From Pelagomonas calceolata (lineage: Eukaryota): 64,000 bases of DNA. Below, in pieces: positions 1 through 10,144 of this stretch. The stretch spans positions 4,154,001 to 4,218,000 of the forward strand of contig CAKKNE010000002.1 in assembly GCA_918797485.1 (NCBI GenBank), in the 5' to 3' direction. The position numbers and the translations under genes are program-made. Within the stretch, counting starts at the first letter, position 1. Each line of letters starts with the position of its first letter. Under the pieces are notes generated by a model, which saw only the letters and a program-made list of their open reading frames with translations, made no database searches and had not been told where the DNA came from.

Positions 1-1991
1 TTGGCCTCGAAAGTCACGGGAAGAGCTCGCTCATGGAGCGGCTTGCCCTACGCGACGTGTTCCCGCGTGGGGTGGGCTTCGTGACCAGAATGCCCATTTT
101 GCTGAAATTGCGCCAGGTTAACTTCGAGAACTCGGTCGGCATCCGCCTGATCCGCCTGAGCGGCTCGAGTGTCGTAGAGGAAGTCGAAGAAGAAAAGAAG
201 TTTTACGACATCGGCCAGCGCAACTTTGCGGAGGTCGTCGCTGAGAAGATGCAGCAGTTTATCTCGCAGAGGGGCGGAGGTAGCGGCGACATGCAGGTCG
301 TTATTGACCATAGGATTGAGATCGAGATCCGTGCCGCGGACCTGGTCGACATCGACCTCTTAGATCTTCCGGGCATCGTGAGCATGCCGAAGGATGTTGC
401 CGAAGCATCGCTGCGACTGACGCGCGAGTTTCTGCAGAGAGACGACACGCTGGCGCTGTGCGTTATCGATGATCTTTTGCCGGCCGTCAGATCGTCCCAG
501 GCACTGGGCGAGATCGGGCGAGTCGACGGCCTGGGGGCACGCACCATCGTGGTGCTCACGAAGGTCGACATGTTGCAGGGTCCATCGTCGCAGCAGAACC
601 CGGCCCGCCTGGCGCATCGCCTGGCAAACCCGGCCACAACGGTCGGCTTTGCGCCCAAGGCATTCATCCCCGTCATCAATCGTGGCGAAGACGACGGAAG
701 GTCGCTCTCAGATACGCTCGACGCCGAGGAGGCGACCTTCGCGGAGTGGAAGAGGACAACTCCAGAACTGCCCGCTGCCGACCACTTGGGCCTCACGGGA
801 GTCCTCAAATCTCTCAATTCGCTCATCGAGGAACATATTCGCCAAAAGTGGCTACCTCATCAGCTCGAGAAAGCAACACGTCGACTGCAGGTGGTTCGGG
901 ATGAAATCGACTCGCTTGGCGCGCTGTCTGTGTCAAGAGAGCTCTTCCTTGATCGTTTATGTGAAGTGGTGAGTGAGAAGCTGGCAGAGTTGGACTTGAA
1001 AAATGGTAGCAGCAATCCCGAGATGAAATTCTACTATGATTGGATGGCAAAATTGAACTTTCCAGCTGATATACCACGGGGGGGCGGTCGATTTAATCGT
1101 GTTCGTCGCCGTATGCGGGCGAAGGCCATTTGGAAACTCATCGTGGAAAGCGTGCCTAGTGAGGACTTGGTACGAAAACTGATCAGCTTGGCACTTTCAG
1201 ATTCTCAGTTGCCGGTCAAGATGGACCGTTTCGACCCGAGTATCGGCCGCACGCTGTGCGCATACGCGATGAATAACAACGCCGAAATTGAAACGCTCGC
1301 CAACTTAGGCTTCCGTGAACATTGTTACAGTGAACCGCTGGATGACTATCAGTATCATAATCATGCTGCAGCTGCTGACTCGCGAATTAGGGAAGAGGCC
1401 AAGGATGCGGTCCTCGAACACGTCTTCATGCCATTGGTTGAACGGTCCTTTTGGTCGGGTCTCCAGCTCGATCTTCAGGAGAGCCCTCAATCGCGGGATC
1501 GGCGGAACCACCTCCTCGCTCAGGACGCGGCCCTGGTGCGGCTCATTGATGAGCTGAACCGGTTCCGCGACGGTCAACACTCTAACGCGCAGGCGCCAGC
1601 AGGTGACGGTGGGTCACCAGCAGGCGCCGGACGGGCAACACCTACGGACTCCTCGGGGCGGCGGCGTAACTCGGGGCGGCGGCGTCATCCAAGGGGCAAC
1701 CCGCCGCAATCGCCTTTTGGCCAGTCCAGTTCGACGTTTGGCGGCGGTTCGCCATTTGGAGGCGCCTCGCCCGCTCCCTCCGGCTTCACAGATGCCAGTG
1801 GCGGATTCACATTTGGTCATGGTGGCCCTACATTTAGCGCGTCTCCATCTGCCGCCGCGCCGCCCGCGCCTGGGCCCGCCGCAAGTTTCTCCTTCGGCGC
1901 TACCGCGCCCGCCCCCGCGCCCGGTTTCTCCTTCGGCGCCGCCCCGCCCGCGCCCCCACCCGCCGCCCCTTTCTCCTTCGGGCCCCGATAG
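1..1991 (+). CDS. Dynamin-superfamily (Mx-like) GTPase with C-terminal FG-repeat tail, 5' truncated by the window edge
   Basis: The frame upstream of the ORF's ATG (33) reads GLESHGKSS (P-loop). Downstream are TRMP (switch I), DLPG (G3) and TKVD (G4), a helical stalk-like region, then PFG/FTFG/FSFG repeats. Confidence 0.85.
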   Translation, partial: GLESHGKSSLMERLALRDVFPRGVGFVTRMPILLKLRQVNFENSVGIRLIRLSGSSVVEEVEEEKKFYDIGQRNFAEVVAEKMQQFISQRGGGSGDMQVVIDHRIEIEIRAADLVDIDLLDLPGIVSMPKDVAEASLRLTREFLQRDDTLALCVIDDLLPAVRSSQALGEIGRVDGLGARTIVVLTKVDMLQGPSSQQNPARLAHRLANPATTVGFAPKAFIPVINRGEDDGRSLSDTLDAEEATFAEWKRTTPELPAADHLGLTGVLKSLNSLIEEHIRQKWLPHQLEKATRRLQVVRDEIDSLGALSVSRELFLDRLCEVVSEKLAELDLKNGSSNPEMKFYYDWMAKLNFPADIPRGGGRFNRVRRRMRAKAIWKLIVESVPSEDLVRKLISLALSDSQLPVKMDRFDPSIGRTLCAYAMNNNAEIETLANLGFREHCYSEPLDDYQYHNHAAAADSRIREEAKDAVLEHVFMPLVERSFWSGLQLDLQESPQSRDRRNHLLAQDAALVRLIDELNRFRDGQHSNAQAPAGDGGSPAGAGRATPTDSSGRRRNSGRRRHPRGNPPQSPFGQSSSTFGGGSPFGGASPAPSGFTDASGGFTFGHGGPTFSASPSAAAPPAPGPAASFSFGATAPAPAPGFSFGAAPPAPPPAAPFSFGPR

Positions 1992-2260
1992 GTAAGCGCC
2001 CAAGAGCAGCGGCTACGTACAGTTAAACGGGGGGCGGCGGCGGGGGGAACTTGTGTGGGGGGAGCTACTCCAGGTAGACGCGGACGGCCTCGTACTGCAG
2101 GTTCCGGACGGCCTCCGCGGCCGCGCCCGTCAGCGCCGGGCCGTCGACGGTGGTCTTGGCGCCGTCGTCGTCCTTGGACGCCAGGAGCTCCATCTTGACA
2201 TGATACTAGCGTTGACTCGGACATACTAGCTCCTCCAGAGAGAAGTACAATAAACCAACA

Positions 2261-3223
2261 TTACACAACGCTCTCGCCGCGGCGGTCGTCCTCGTCGTCG
2301 CTACTACCATCGCCGAACTCGTCGAAGAAGCCCAGGGACGCGGGCGCCTCGGTCCGCGGCGGGTGGAGGATGGGCCCCTTCCACGAGTCGAGCGACCCCA
2401 GGGCCGCGTCATAGAAGCCGTCGTCCGCGAGGGCGCAGCGACCCAGGGAGAAGGCCCAGAACCGCCGCGGGTCCACGTTTCCAAAAATAGTGGGGAGCGG
2501 TTGTATACACCAGTCGCCGTCGTCGTCGAGGGGCATATTCCTGTACACAACAAAGGCCATGCCGGGGACGAGTAACGATAGAGCCGACACGAGGAAGAGG
2601 CAGCCCTCCCGCAGGTACGCGCCCGCCTTGGCCGACACGCGGCCGCCGGCGTCGCAGTCGCAGCCCCGACTTACACAGACGAGGACGCTCAGGACGTACA
2701 ACAATAGGGAACCGAGCAGGTAGCCGGGGCAGCGGCACAGCGCCTCGAGGCACGCCGCCGGCTGCTCGCAGCAGGCCACCTCCATTACCAAAGCGATGCG
2801 ATCGCAGACGCGGTCGCAGCCTTCGAGTTTAGTCCGCCGGTGGCGCTCGACGGTCCGCAGCATGCCCTTCTTCTTCCAGTTCCGCGCGAGCGCCGCGTCC
2901 TCGGCCTTGTCGTCCGTGTACACCTCGCCATCATCAAAATCACTCTGCCGGAAGACGTCCGCGCTCGTCGGCGAGACCATCTCGAGCTCGACCGGTGGCG
3001 CGGGCGCTCGCGGCGAGGCTGATACGGGCCGCTCACCTCTCAAAGCCGCGCGCGCCTGCTCGGCCGCCGAGCCGGCCCAGCGCGACTCGCCCGTGCTCGG
3101 GTTGTACAGATACGAACAGCCCGTCGCCGGGTCCGTGAAGGTCTCCCAGGTGTCGCTTTGCGCGGCGACTTTTGTGGGGAGGAGCATGGAGCGCACCACC
3201 GCTGCTGCTCCGAGTTCGGCCAT
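2261..3223 (-). CDS. WW-domain protein with hydrophobic segments
   Basis: WETFTDPATGCSYLYNPSTGESRW is a WW domain; two hydrophobic stretches follow. ATG at 3223 (alternative 3187). Confidence 0.7.
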   Translation of the reverse strand: MAELGAAAVVRSMLLPTKVAAQSDTWETFTDPATGCSYLYNPSTGESRWAGSAAEQARAALRGERPVSASPRAPAPPVELEMVSPTSADVFRQSDFDDGEVYTDDKAEDAALARNWKKKGMLRTVERHRRTKLEGCDRVCDRIALVMEVACCEQPAACLEALCRCPGYLLGSLLLYVLSVLVCVSRGCDCDAGGRVSAKAGAYLREGCLFLVSALSLLVPGMAFVVYRNMPLDDDGDWCIQPLPTIFGNVDPRRFWAFSLGRCALADDGFYDAALGSLDSWKGPILHPPRTEAPASLGFFDEFGDGSSDDEDDRRGESVV

Positions 3224-3433
3224 CCTGGCGTCGGTTCGACGGCCTCTGCACCCTGGCAGTGCACAGGTCGTATATGTGTGCCCAGCACCCTTGCCGCGCG
3301 ACGACACGCAGCCCCTTTTGCACGGTCTTACGTTGGGAGTGATGCGATGAACACAACCACGTGTGCCGCCGAAAGGCAGCCGTTTGCGCGCACGCCGCAA
3401 CTGACAAAAGCTGCCAACTGACGGGTTTTCCCG

Positions 3434-3507
3434 CTGTCGGACGCCATCGACGCGACGCGATGAGAGCAAGGGTCGCAGCGACGGCGTATTCCACGCCATC
3501 GACGCGC
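3434..3507 (-). repeat. Degenerate introner-related remnant (possible GC-AG UTR intron)
   Basis: Two copies of (CC)ACGCCATCGACGCG, shared with the introns at 5698-5799 and 58011-58200. The minus strand reads GCGCGTCGATGG...CGACAG. Confidence 0.45.
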
Positions 3508-3548
3508 GCCATCATCGTAGCTTCAGGACTAATTAAAATGCGCCCCGC

Positions 3549-4268
3549 CTAGGCCGACTGGAGCTTGTCCTGGTAGCGGTAGTGGAGCTCCTGGATGAAG
3601 GCGTCGTCCTCGACGAGCTCGCGGAGCACGTCCTTGAACGTCGCCAGGTCTAGGGACGGCGCCGCCGGCTTTTGAGGTACGACCGGCGCCGGCGCCGGCG
3701 GCGCGAAGAGCGAGGGCGATAGCAACGGCGCCGCGGGCTCGTTGACCGACAAGGCGCCCATCAACGACGCCGCAACTGCAGGAGCGGCCGGTGGCGGCGG
3801 CGGCGGCGGCTGCTGGGCCTCCTCGACGAGCCGCTCCAGAATCTCGCCCATGCGCGCGTGTTCTTCCAGAGAGTGGAACCAGAGGCCCCTGATGCGCGTC
3901 TCATCATCAGATCGACGAAAGATTAAGTATCTGTCAACAACCTCCAGCTCGAAGGTCTCATCGACGTCTTCCACCATATTCGTCATGCTCAGCCGATTCA
4001 GCACTACCAAACGCACCCGCGGATGCGCATTTCGCGCCGCAATGAACAAAGGTCCTTCGACGTCGGCGCGCTCCCACTCCTGGTCCGCCCCGAAGTTGTA
4101 CAACGTCGCATGTGTGGCACTCGCTAATATCTCGACGATGGAAGGATCTACTCTTCTCAACGAATTCAGGGAGTTCGTGGCGGCTTGGGACGCGGCTTTT
4201 TGATTGGCGAAGTTCGTCGTGGCGGCCGGTGGCGACTGGCCGCGTTTTCCTTTGGCTTGGCGCGGCAT
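3549..4268 (-). CDS. DCP1: mRNA-decapping enzyme subunit 1 (EVH1 domain)
   Basis: LRRVDPSIVEIL, ATLYNF, WERADVEGPLF, VLNRLS, YLIFR and GLWFH motifs; C-terminal helix DDAFIQELHYRY. Confidence 0.9.
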   Translation of the reverse strand: MPRQAKGKRGQSPPAATTNFANQKAASQAATNSLNSLRRVDPSIVEILASATHATLYNFGADQEWERADVEGPLFIAARNAHPRVRLVVLNRLSMTNMVEDVDETFELEVVDRYLIFRRSDDETRIRGLWFHSLEEHARMGEILERLVEEAQQPPPPPPPAAPAVAASLMGALSVNEPAAPLLSPSLFAPPAPAPVVPQKPAAPSLDLATFKDVLRELVEDDAFIQELHYRYQDKLQSA

Positions 4269-4529
4269 CTTCTCTTCTTTCTCCTTTCCTCTCTTGCGGA
4301 TCGCTGCGCGCTGCTTCTGGCTGAGCCCAATCTTTGCAGCTCGGGCGTCTGAGGAGGCGCCAAAAGCGGCTTGTGCTCGCGGAGTCTTGTGGCGCGATGT
4401 GGCGTGGCTTGGCGTGGAGTGCGTAGCACTTAACGCTGCCGCGGAGCTTTTGGCGTTCTCTAATGCGTCAGCGATGCAAATTTGGGCCTCTCGCGGACCA
4501 AAAACTCGCTTTCGCGTCGACCAAAGAAA

Positions 4530-4551
4530 GCTAGAGCACTTGTGCGCTAGG
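4530..4551. promoter_or_regulatory. Degenerate CTAG-dyad intergenic element
   Basis: GCTAGAGCACTTGTGCGCTAGG between divergent DCP1 and TPR genes. Confidence 0.4.
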
Positions 4552-4745
4552 TGCTGAAACTTAATCACGCTTTTGCTGCATTTTGTAGCGGTAGCGCGTG
4601 GTGGCTTATTGTCGACGCGGGCACGTTTACAAACGTTTTACAGACGTGCTGTGGCATACCAGAGCACTGGTGCTGACTCCGCGCCCACCCGAGTGCTGTG
4701 CCATCCCTGCTGGGCTGCACTGCACAGGTGCACGCAAGCACAGCT

Positions 4746-5351
4746 ATGCAGTTCACCATCAATGCCCCAACCCTCCCAAAGCGCTACGAGCGCCCCGCCG
4801 CCTTCGCCGCCTTCGACGAAGATCAGCTGCAGGCCGCGCCCCGGGAAGAAAAGCCGCCGCGCGACCGCGAGGCATGTAGAAGAGACGGCTGCACGCTCGC
4901 GGCCGCCGGCCGCTGGGGCGCTGCTTTGGAACTGTTCGACGAGGCGTTAGCTATCGGCGGCGCGCCCGATCCGTGGGTGCTCCACGAGCTGCGGGCGCAA
5001 GCTTTGTTGGGGTTAGACCGGTGCTTCGAGGCGGCGCGGGCCGCGGAAGTATCTATAGCGGGCGCGCCGGACTGGGCGCCGGCGCACGCGACGCGCGCGC
5101 GCGCGTTGCTGAACTTCGGCGAGGTGGAAGGCTCAGTACAATCCTTCCGCCGCGCATTAAGCTGCGCGCCGGGCGACGCTGAGCTTAGAAGGGAGCTCGA
5201 CGAGGTCCTCGTGCTGGAACGGCGCCTGCAGGATTTGAGACGGGAACGCCTCGAGGCCGCGGCGAGCGCGTCGCATGCAGACGTGGCCGAGGTGAACCGG
5301 TGCAAGGCTGCCTTGCGATGCACGACCGATCCTAATAACATGATTACTTAA
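4746..5351 (+). CDS. TPR-repeat protein (TTC33-like)
   Basis: TPR-like helices: AGRWGAALELFDEAL, ELRAQALLGL, PDWAPAHATRARALLNFGEVEGS. Confidence 0.75.
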   Translation: MQFTINAPTLPKRYERPAAFAAFDEDQLQAAPREEKPPRDREACRRDGCTLAAAGRWGAALELFDEALAIGGAPDPWVLHELRAQALLGLDRCFEAARAAEVSIAGAPDWAPAHATRARALLNFGEVEGSVQSFRRALSCAPGDAELRRELDEVLVLERRLQDLRRERLEAAASASHADVAEVNRCKAALRCTTDPNNMIT

Positions 5352-7014
5352 AGCCCTCGACCCCGAACAGCCCCAACGCGAGCGCCACGCCGAAGCCCGT
5401 GCCCCGCTCGTTGTCCGTCGCGGGCCCCGCGAGGTCGACGTGCAGCCACTCGCCGTCCCAGCCCTCCCAGAGGTTCTCATAGATAAAGTTCGCGGCGCAC
5501 GACGACTGCGCGTTCATGCGGTCCTTCACCGAGTTCTTCGAGTCGGCCACTTTGGAAGCAAATTCACTTCTATAAAACTCCGGAGCAAATGGCAGCGGGT
5601 GCACGAGGTCGCCCGTCCGCCTGCCCGCGACGACGGCCTTCCGTTCGAGCTCCTCGGAGTTGGAAAAGACGGCGGCGTGGTTCTTGCCCGTGGCGACCTG
5701 TGTGGAAATCAAATTTCAGGCGCCCGACGCCATCGACGCGATGTTGTCTCCATAACTGCGTCTGCTCGATAGCGTTGAGGTTCCACGCCATCGACGCACC
5801 ATCTGCGCTCCTGTTAATGTGGCCATATCCACAACAATATCGACGCGCTTCCCCGGGAGCACGTTAGGTGCGGTGGCGTGCGCGACGCCGTCCGCGAGGA
5901 CCAATCTCCCTTCAGCGTCGGTGTTGTTGATCTCGCAAGTGCGCCCCCCGAAGAACTTGATTATATCATCGCATCGTAAAGCATCGTTACCGATCGCGTT
6001 CTCCGCGATACATAACACGCAGTGCAACGCGCTCAGTTCGCCGCCGCCCAACGCGCAGGCCGCTTCGAAGCCGGCCAGGCACGCCGCGCCACCCCCCAAA
6101 TCGGCCTTCATGCCCACCATACCTCCAGAAATCTTGAGGCTCAACCCGCCCGTGTCAAAACAAATAGTCTTGCCGACGAGCGCCGCGGCGGGACCCTCCC
6201 GATCAAAGGTCTTCGTGAGGACAACCAATGCCGGCGGCTCCTTCGCGCCCTTGCCGACGCCATAAACGCCACCGTACCCTTTCTCGCGTAGCTCCTCGCC
6301 CACGATCTTTGTGATGGAGATGCCGTCGCCTCTCGACGCCACTGCCTCTGCCTCGGCGACTAATTGAGTCGGCCCCATCTCGTTGGGTGGAGCGTCGTGG
6401 ATGCGCTGCGCGAGTCGGACGGCGTCCGCGGCGACGGCGCAGGCGTTGAGGGTCGCTGCGTCCGCCACGGGCGGCTCGAAGGAGACCGTGACGGTCCTAT
6501 CCTCGTCCTCGTCCTCGTCACTTGCCTTCTTGTTCGTATAAATGGGAAAGGCCTTGGCGACGGCGGCGGCGGCGGCGGCAGGCGTCGACCCGTCCTCGAG
6601 AAGCACGACGACGGCAGCATCTTTGCTGCCGCACGCGCCGCCGACGAGCGACGTGAGGGCGCGCGGCCGGAGGGGCGAGTTGTGCCGCGAGCAGTGCTCG
6701 GGCAGCACCGCCGCCACGACGGTCTCGAGGCCGTCGCCCTTGGGCATCGCCGTCCGGGCGCTCTTGCCGGCATCGCCCGGCGAGCAGCTCTCGACGAGCG
6801 GCTGCCACACGGCCGGCAGCGCGTCATTGTTCAATGCGAGGAGCCGGTCCTTGCGGCCGACGTAGACCGTGGTGTCCGCACTCGTCTGCTTGGCGTCGAA
6901 GCGCAGCGACGTCGTGGCCGCGCGCAGCTGCGTCGTCAGGCGCTGGCGTACGCTTGCACGTGGCCGAAAGGCTGCCGCATGACGCAGGAGCATCGCTGCG
7001 ATGACGAGTTGCAT
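5344..7014 (-). CDS. M17 leucyl aminopeptidase (NPEPL1-like), two exons, N-terminal signal/transit peptide
   Basis: VGKTICFDTGGLSLK, MKADLGG, NNTDAEGRLVLADG, DMATLTGAQ and HVDLAG motifs. Removing intron 5698-5799 joins ...TGAQM to VATGK in frame. Confidence 0.92.
5698..5799 (-). mobile_element. 102-nt GT-AG intron derived from an introner element (one TIR retained)
   Basis: Begins GTGCGTCGATGG and ends TTGATTTCCACACAG, identical to the TIR of the element at 58019-58200. Confidence 0.8.
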
Positions 7015-7099
7015 CGATTACTGCGACAAAGCGTGCCAGCACCGTCGATTGATGGCGACAATGCTGTGCCGGCAGCTCTTTGTGCCACTATATTTTCGA

Positions 7100-7123
7100 G
7101 CTAGCGGCCTGTAAGGCACTAGG
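7100..7123 (+). promoter_or_regulatory. CTAG-dyad intergenic element
   Basis: GCTAGCGGCCTGTAAGGCACTAGG in a divergent intergenic region. Confidence 0.7.
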
Positions 7124-7332
7124 AACCGGCAGCATGCAGCGGCAATTTGCGCCGCAGTAACCCAGCGCAAATCCCTGCTTAGATCAGGCACAGCCCGCAT
7201 TCACCCCTCGTGACGCCTGGCGCCGCTGAGCGACTCTCTTGCCCCGATTCTTTACGAGTTTGTAGCTTGCAGCCCCAACCACTGAAGTGCATCAATTAGC
7301 AATCACTCGCTTACGGAAAAGACTGCGCACGC

Positions 7333-8598
7333 ATGCCGCTGCTACTTCTCAAGCTCCCGGCCGACGTGCACACAAAACTAGCGGCATTCATTCACGCCAA
7401 TGATGCCGCGCGCTTCTGCTTCGCCGGGAAGGAGGCTTATAAGGCCTTCGGGCTCCAGGCCTGGCGCGCCTGTTTGTTCTCGACGCACGGCGGGTTAAGA
7501 ATAGGAAATGAACAAAACGGGTTGCACGCGGCGAGGCGCCTGGCCACGTGCGGCCGCGGCTGCCTCGGGTTCAGGGCTCTGGCCACGGACGGCGGGACCT
7601 TCGACGGGGGCGACAGCCGCTTCTGGGTCGACGCGTTATTTCGGCCGGAGCCCTGGCGCATCTACTGCTCGCGCCAGACGTCTGATCCAATTCTGTGCGC
7701 GGCGACGTTCCTCCCGGAGCGCGAGGCGGAAGACGTCGATTCCAGGGACCGCCACTGGATGTGCGAACTCATCATCGAGACGTGGAGCCTCGAACAATTG
7801 CAGGTCGAGCCCTTCTCGTCGAAGGACTACGCGCTCGGTTCTGTCTTCCTGCGGGTCTGCCACGGGCTGCGGGACGAGGACGTCGTTTCCTTGAACCTGC
7901 AGAACGGCCAGGAGGCAATTACCAAATACAGAGCCAAGATCCTGGAAATCGTGCAAAGGTTCAACACCACCGGCGCGCCGGCGATGCGCATCGGCCTCGA
8001 CAAGACGGTGTTTGCCCAGCGCGGCTCGGTTTCGGTTGATCCTAGAATAGAGGCGCTCGCGTCGAACGCGACGGCCGTCGCGACGACGCTGATAGTCAGG
8101 CGGCCGATCCCCGTGACGTGTCCCGGGCGTTTAGGGATCGTGTTTGGGTGTCGAAGAGCGCCTCGCGTCGGAGACCTCGACGGCCGCCTCAGGCGGGTCT
8201 GCGCGGACGCTACGCCATACATACGCGCGCTGGTCGACGGGCCATCGTCGCACATACTATCTAGAGGTCCGCGCGTGGAGCTGGGGCGGCGGTTGGGAGG
8301 TGTCCGACCCGTTTTACTCGCGGCGAGCTGCTCGCCGGAGCAGGGCGTCTGCTACCAGCTGCTCGGTTCAAACGACGACGCGGACGTCTTCCCGCTCGCT
8401 ATTTTTGGCTTCGGCGGGCGGAATCTCGACGATGCCTTCACGAGCCTCAGAGCGCGTTTTGAGAAACCGGTGACGCTGAAGGGCGTCGTCGTCGCGCTTC
8501 TGGAGGCGGAGCGGCGGCACGACGTGGTTGATCCAAACGTGGACATGGAGTTCGTCGGCTTGGAGGGGTACATGTACGAGGCGCCGCCGGAGACTTAA
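7333..8598 (+). CDS. Hypothetical protein with F-box-like N-terminus (tandem paralog 1)
   Basis: LPADVHTKLAAFI start; shares HGGLRI, WVDxLFxPEPWR and NVDMExVGxEGY blocks with 8881-10131. Confidence 0.7.
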   Translation: MPLLLLKLPADVHTKLAAFIHANDAARFCFAGKEAYKAFGLQAWRACLFSTHGGLRIGNEQNGLHAARRLATCGRGCLGFRALATDGGTFDGGDSRFWVDALFRPEPWRIYCSRQTSDPILCAATFLPEREAEDVDSRDRHWMCELIIETWSLEQLQVEPFSSKDYALGSVFLRVCHGLRDEDVVSLNLQNGQEAITKYRAKILEIVQRFNTTGAPAMRIGLDKTVFAQRGSVSVDPRIEALASNATAVATTLIVRRPIPVTCPGRLGIVFGCRRAPRVGDLDGRLRRVCADATPYIRALVDGPSSHILSRGPRVELGRRLGGVRPVLLAASCSPEQGVCYQLLGSNDDADVFPLAIFGFGGRNLDDAFTSLRARFEKPVTLKGVVVALLEAERRHDVVDPNVDMEFVGLEGYMYEAPPET

Positions 8599-8657
8599 TT
8601 TTTCGGTAATATTGTTGGTTCGGAGGGCTTTAAAGCCCGTTCCTAGGAATCCCGAAG

Positions 8658-8681
8658 GCTAGCGGCCTGTAAGACACTAGC
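8658..8681 (+). promoter_or_regulatory. CTAG-dyad intergenic element
   Basis: GCTAGCGGCCTGTAAGACACTAGC, 200 bp upstream of ATG 8881. Confidence 0.75.
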
Positions 8682-8880
8682 ATTGTAGCAAGCAAGCAAG
8701 CAGCCAAAAAGCGCCGCTGCTCGGCGCCGGCTGCTGTGCTTGACGCGTTTGCCCGTGCATTCGACGCTTCGAACTCTCCGGCACTGCTCCTCAACGCGTG
8801 CGGGCCGCTTCACGTCACACAATCACCAATCACTGTCAGTGGCTCTCGGACACTTATATAGGTGCTCAGCTTAAGAAACC

Positions 8881-10131
8881 ATGCCGCGGACGCGCAGCTC
8901 GATTGCGCGTGCAGCCCCCAAGCCCCACAAATTGCCCACTGACATCTTGACGCGCGTCGCGGCCTACGCGTGCGACGACGAGCTCGCCCGGCTCGCGCTG
9001 TCCGCGAAAAGCGCTCTCGCAGCGTTAGACAACCAGCAGATCTGGGCCGCGGCGGTGCGGACGAATCACGGCGGCTTGCGGATTCGCGCCGACGAGCCGA
9101 GCGGTCTCAAGGCGGCCGCGCGCCTCGCCGAGGCGCGCACGAACAGGGGCCCGGTCTACGGCTGCCACGCGCTCGCGTCGGACGTGACGTCCTACGGCGG
9201 CGGTCCCTACTGGGTCGACGGGTTGTTCCAGCCCGAGCCGTGGCGCGTGTTCTATGGAGCTATGGGGGACGGGCGCGTCCTCTGCGCCGCCACGTTTCTG
9301 ACGGGGGGTACCTACGACCCCGACCGCCAGTGGATGATCGATGCGCTCCTTGAGCTGTTCGATAATTGGGATTTACAGAGGAACTACTCGCAGTGGATCG
9401 GGACGTGTCCGGATACCGTGGAGGCGGTCTTCCTTCGCGAATGCGGCCCCAGTGGAACGGCGGCACGCTGGGGCCAGCGGGTTAGTCAAAAGTGCGAGGA
9501 GATTGAGGGCCGCTTCGAAGCGGGCGAGTCGCGGTCGCGGATCGGGCTAGCCGCGACCGCGTTCGAGGAGCGCGAGGGCGTGACGGTGGACACGCGCGTC
9601 GAGGCGTTGTGCGGCGGCGCGCGCCAGGCGACCGTCGTCGTGACGGCTATCGTAATCCGCCGACCGTCGGACTACGCGACGCGCCCCGGCCGCCTCTTCC
9701 TCGTGTTCGGGTGCCGGCGCCCGCCGCGGGTGACTGACGTCTCCGACGGCCGCCTGAAGCGACTTGCTGGTGATGCGACGGCGTTGTGTCGCACGCTCAT
9801 GGACAACCCGATTCGTAAGTGGGTTGGGGGTATCGCGGGAATGTTGGGGCTCGGATGTACGGCTGCTCGATCTCTGCGGGCAACCCGCCACAAGAGTGAG
9901 GTATACGCATACCAGCTCTTTGGAAGCGACGAGGAAATCTTCCCGCTGGCTATTTGCGGCTTCCGGCAAGACATCGACCCGGAAGTTACGGACTTTCGCG
10001 CAGAGCTCTGGAAACCGGTGGCGATCCAAGGGATCATCGTCGCTGTTCTCGAAGTCGACAATGGCGATCCAGCCATAGGCGTCAACGTCGACATGGAGTA
10101 CGTCGGCGTCGAGGGCTACACCTACGAGTAA
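8881..10131 (+). CDS. Hypothetical protein with F-box-like N-terminus (tandem paralog 2)
   Basis: LPTDILTRVAAY; collinear similarity to 7333-8598. Confidence 0.7.
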   Translation: MPRTRSSIARAAPKPHKLPTDILTRVAAYACDDELARLALSAKSALAALDNQQIWAAAVRTNHGGLRIRADEPSGLKAAARLAEARTNRGPVYGCHALASDVTSYGGGPYWVDGLFQPEPWRVFYGAMGDGRVLCAATFLTGGTYDPDRQWMIDALLELFDNWDLQRNYSQWIGTCPDTVEAVFLRECGPSGTAARWGQRVSQKCEEIEGRFEAGESRSRIGLAATAFEEREGVTVDTRVEALCGGARQATVVVTAIVIRRPSDYATRPGRLFLVFGCRRPPRVTDVSDGRLKRLAGDATALCRTLMDNPIRKWVGGIAGMLGLGCTAARSLRATRHKSEVYAYQLFGSDEEIFPLAICGFRQDIDPEVTDFRAELWKPVAIQGIIVAVLEVDNGDPAIGVNVDMEYVGVEGYTYE

Positions 10132-10144
10132 GTATCACAACATG

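Noticed and set aside
2029..2083. G-tracts (possible G-quadruplex or polypurine tract)
   Set aside because: Common in GC-rich DNA, with no supporting element.
2205..2230. ACTAGCG...CATACTAGC resembling the dyad element
   Set aside because: Longer spacer, weak match and convergent context; left out of the motif count.
5344..5351. 8-bp overlap of convergent stop regions (TPR / aminopeptidase)
   Set aside because: Ordinary consequence of genome compaction.
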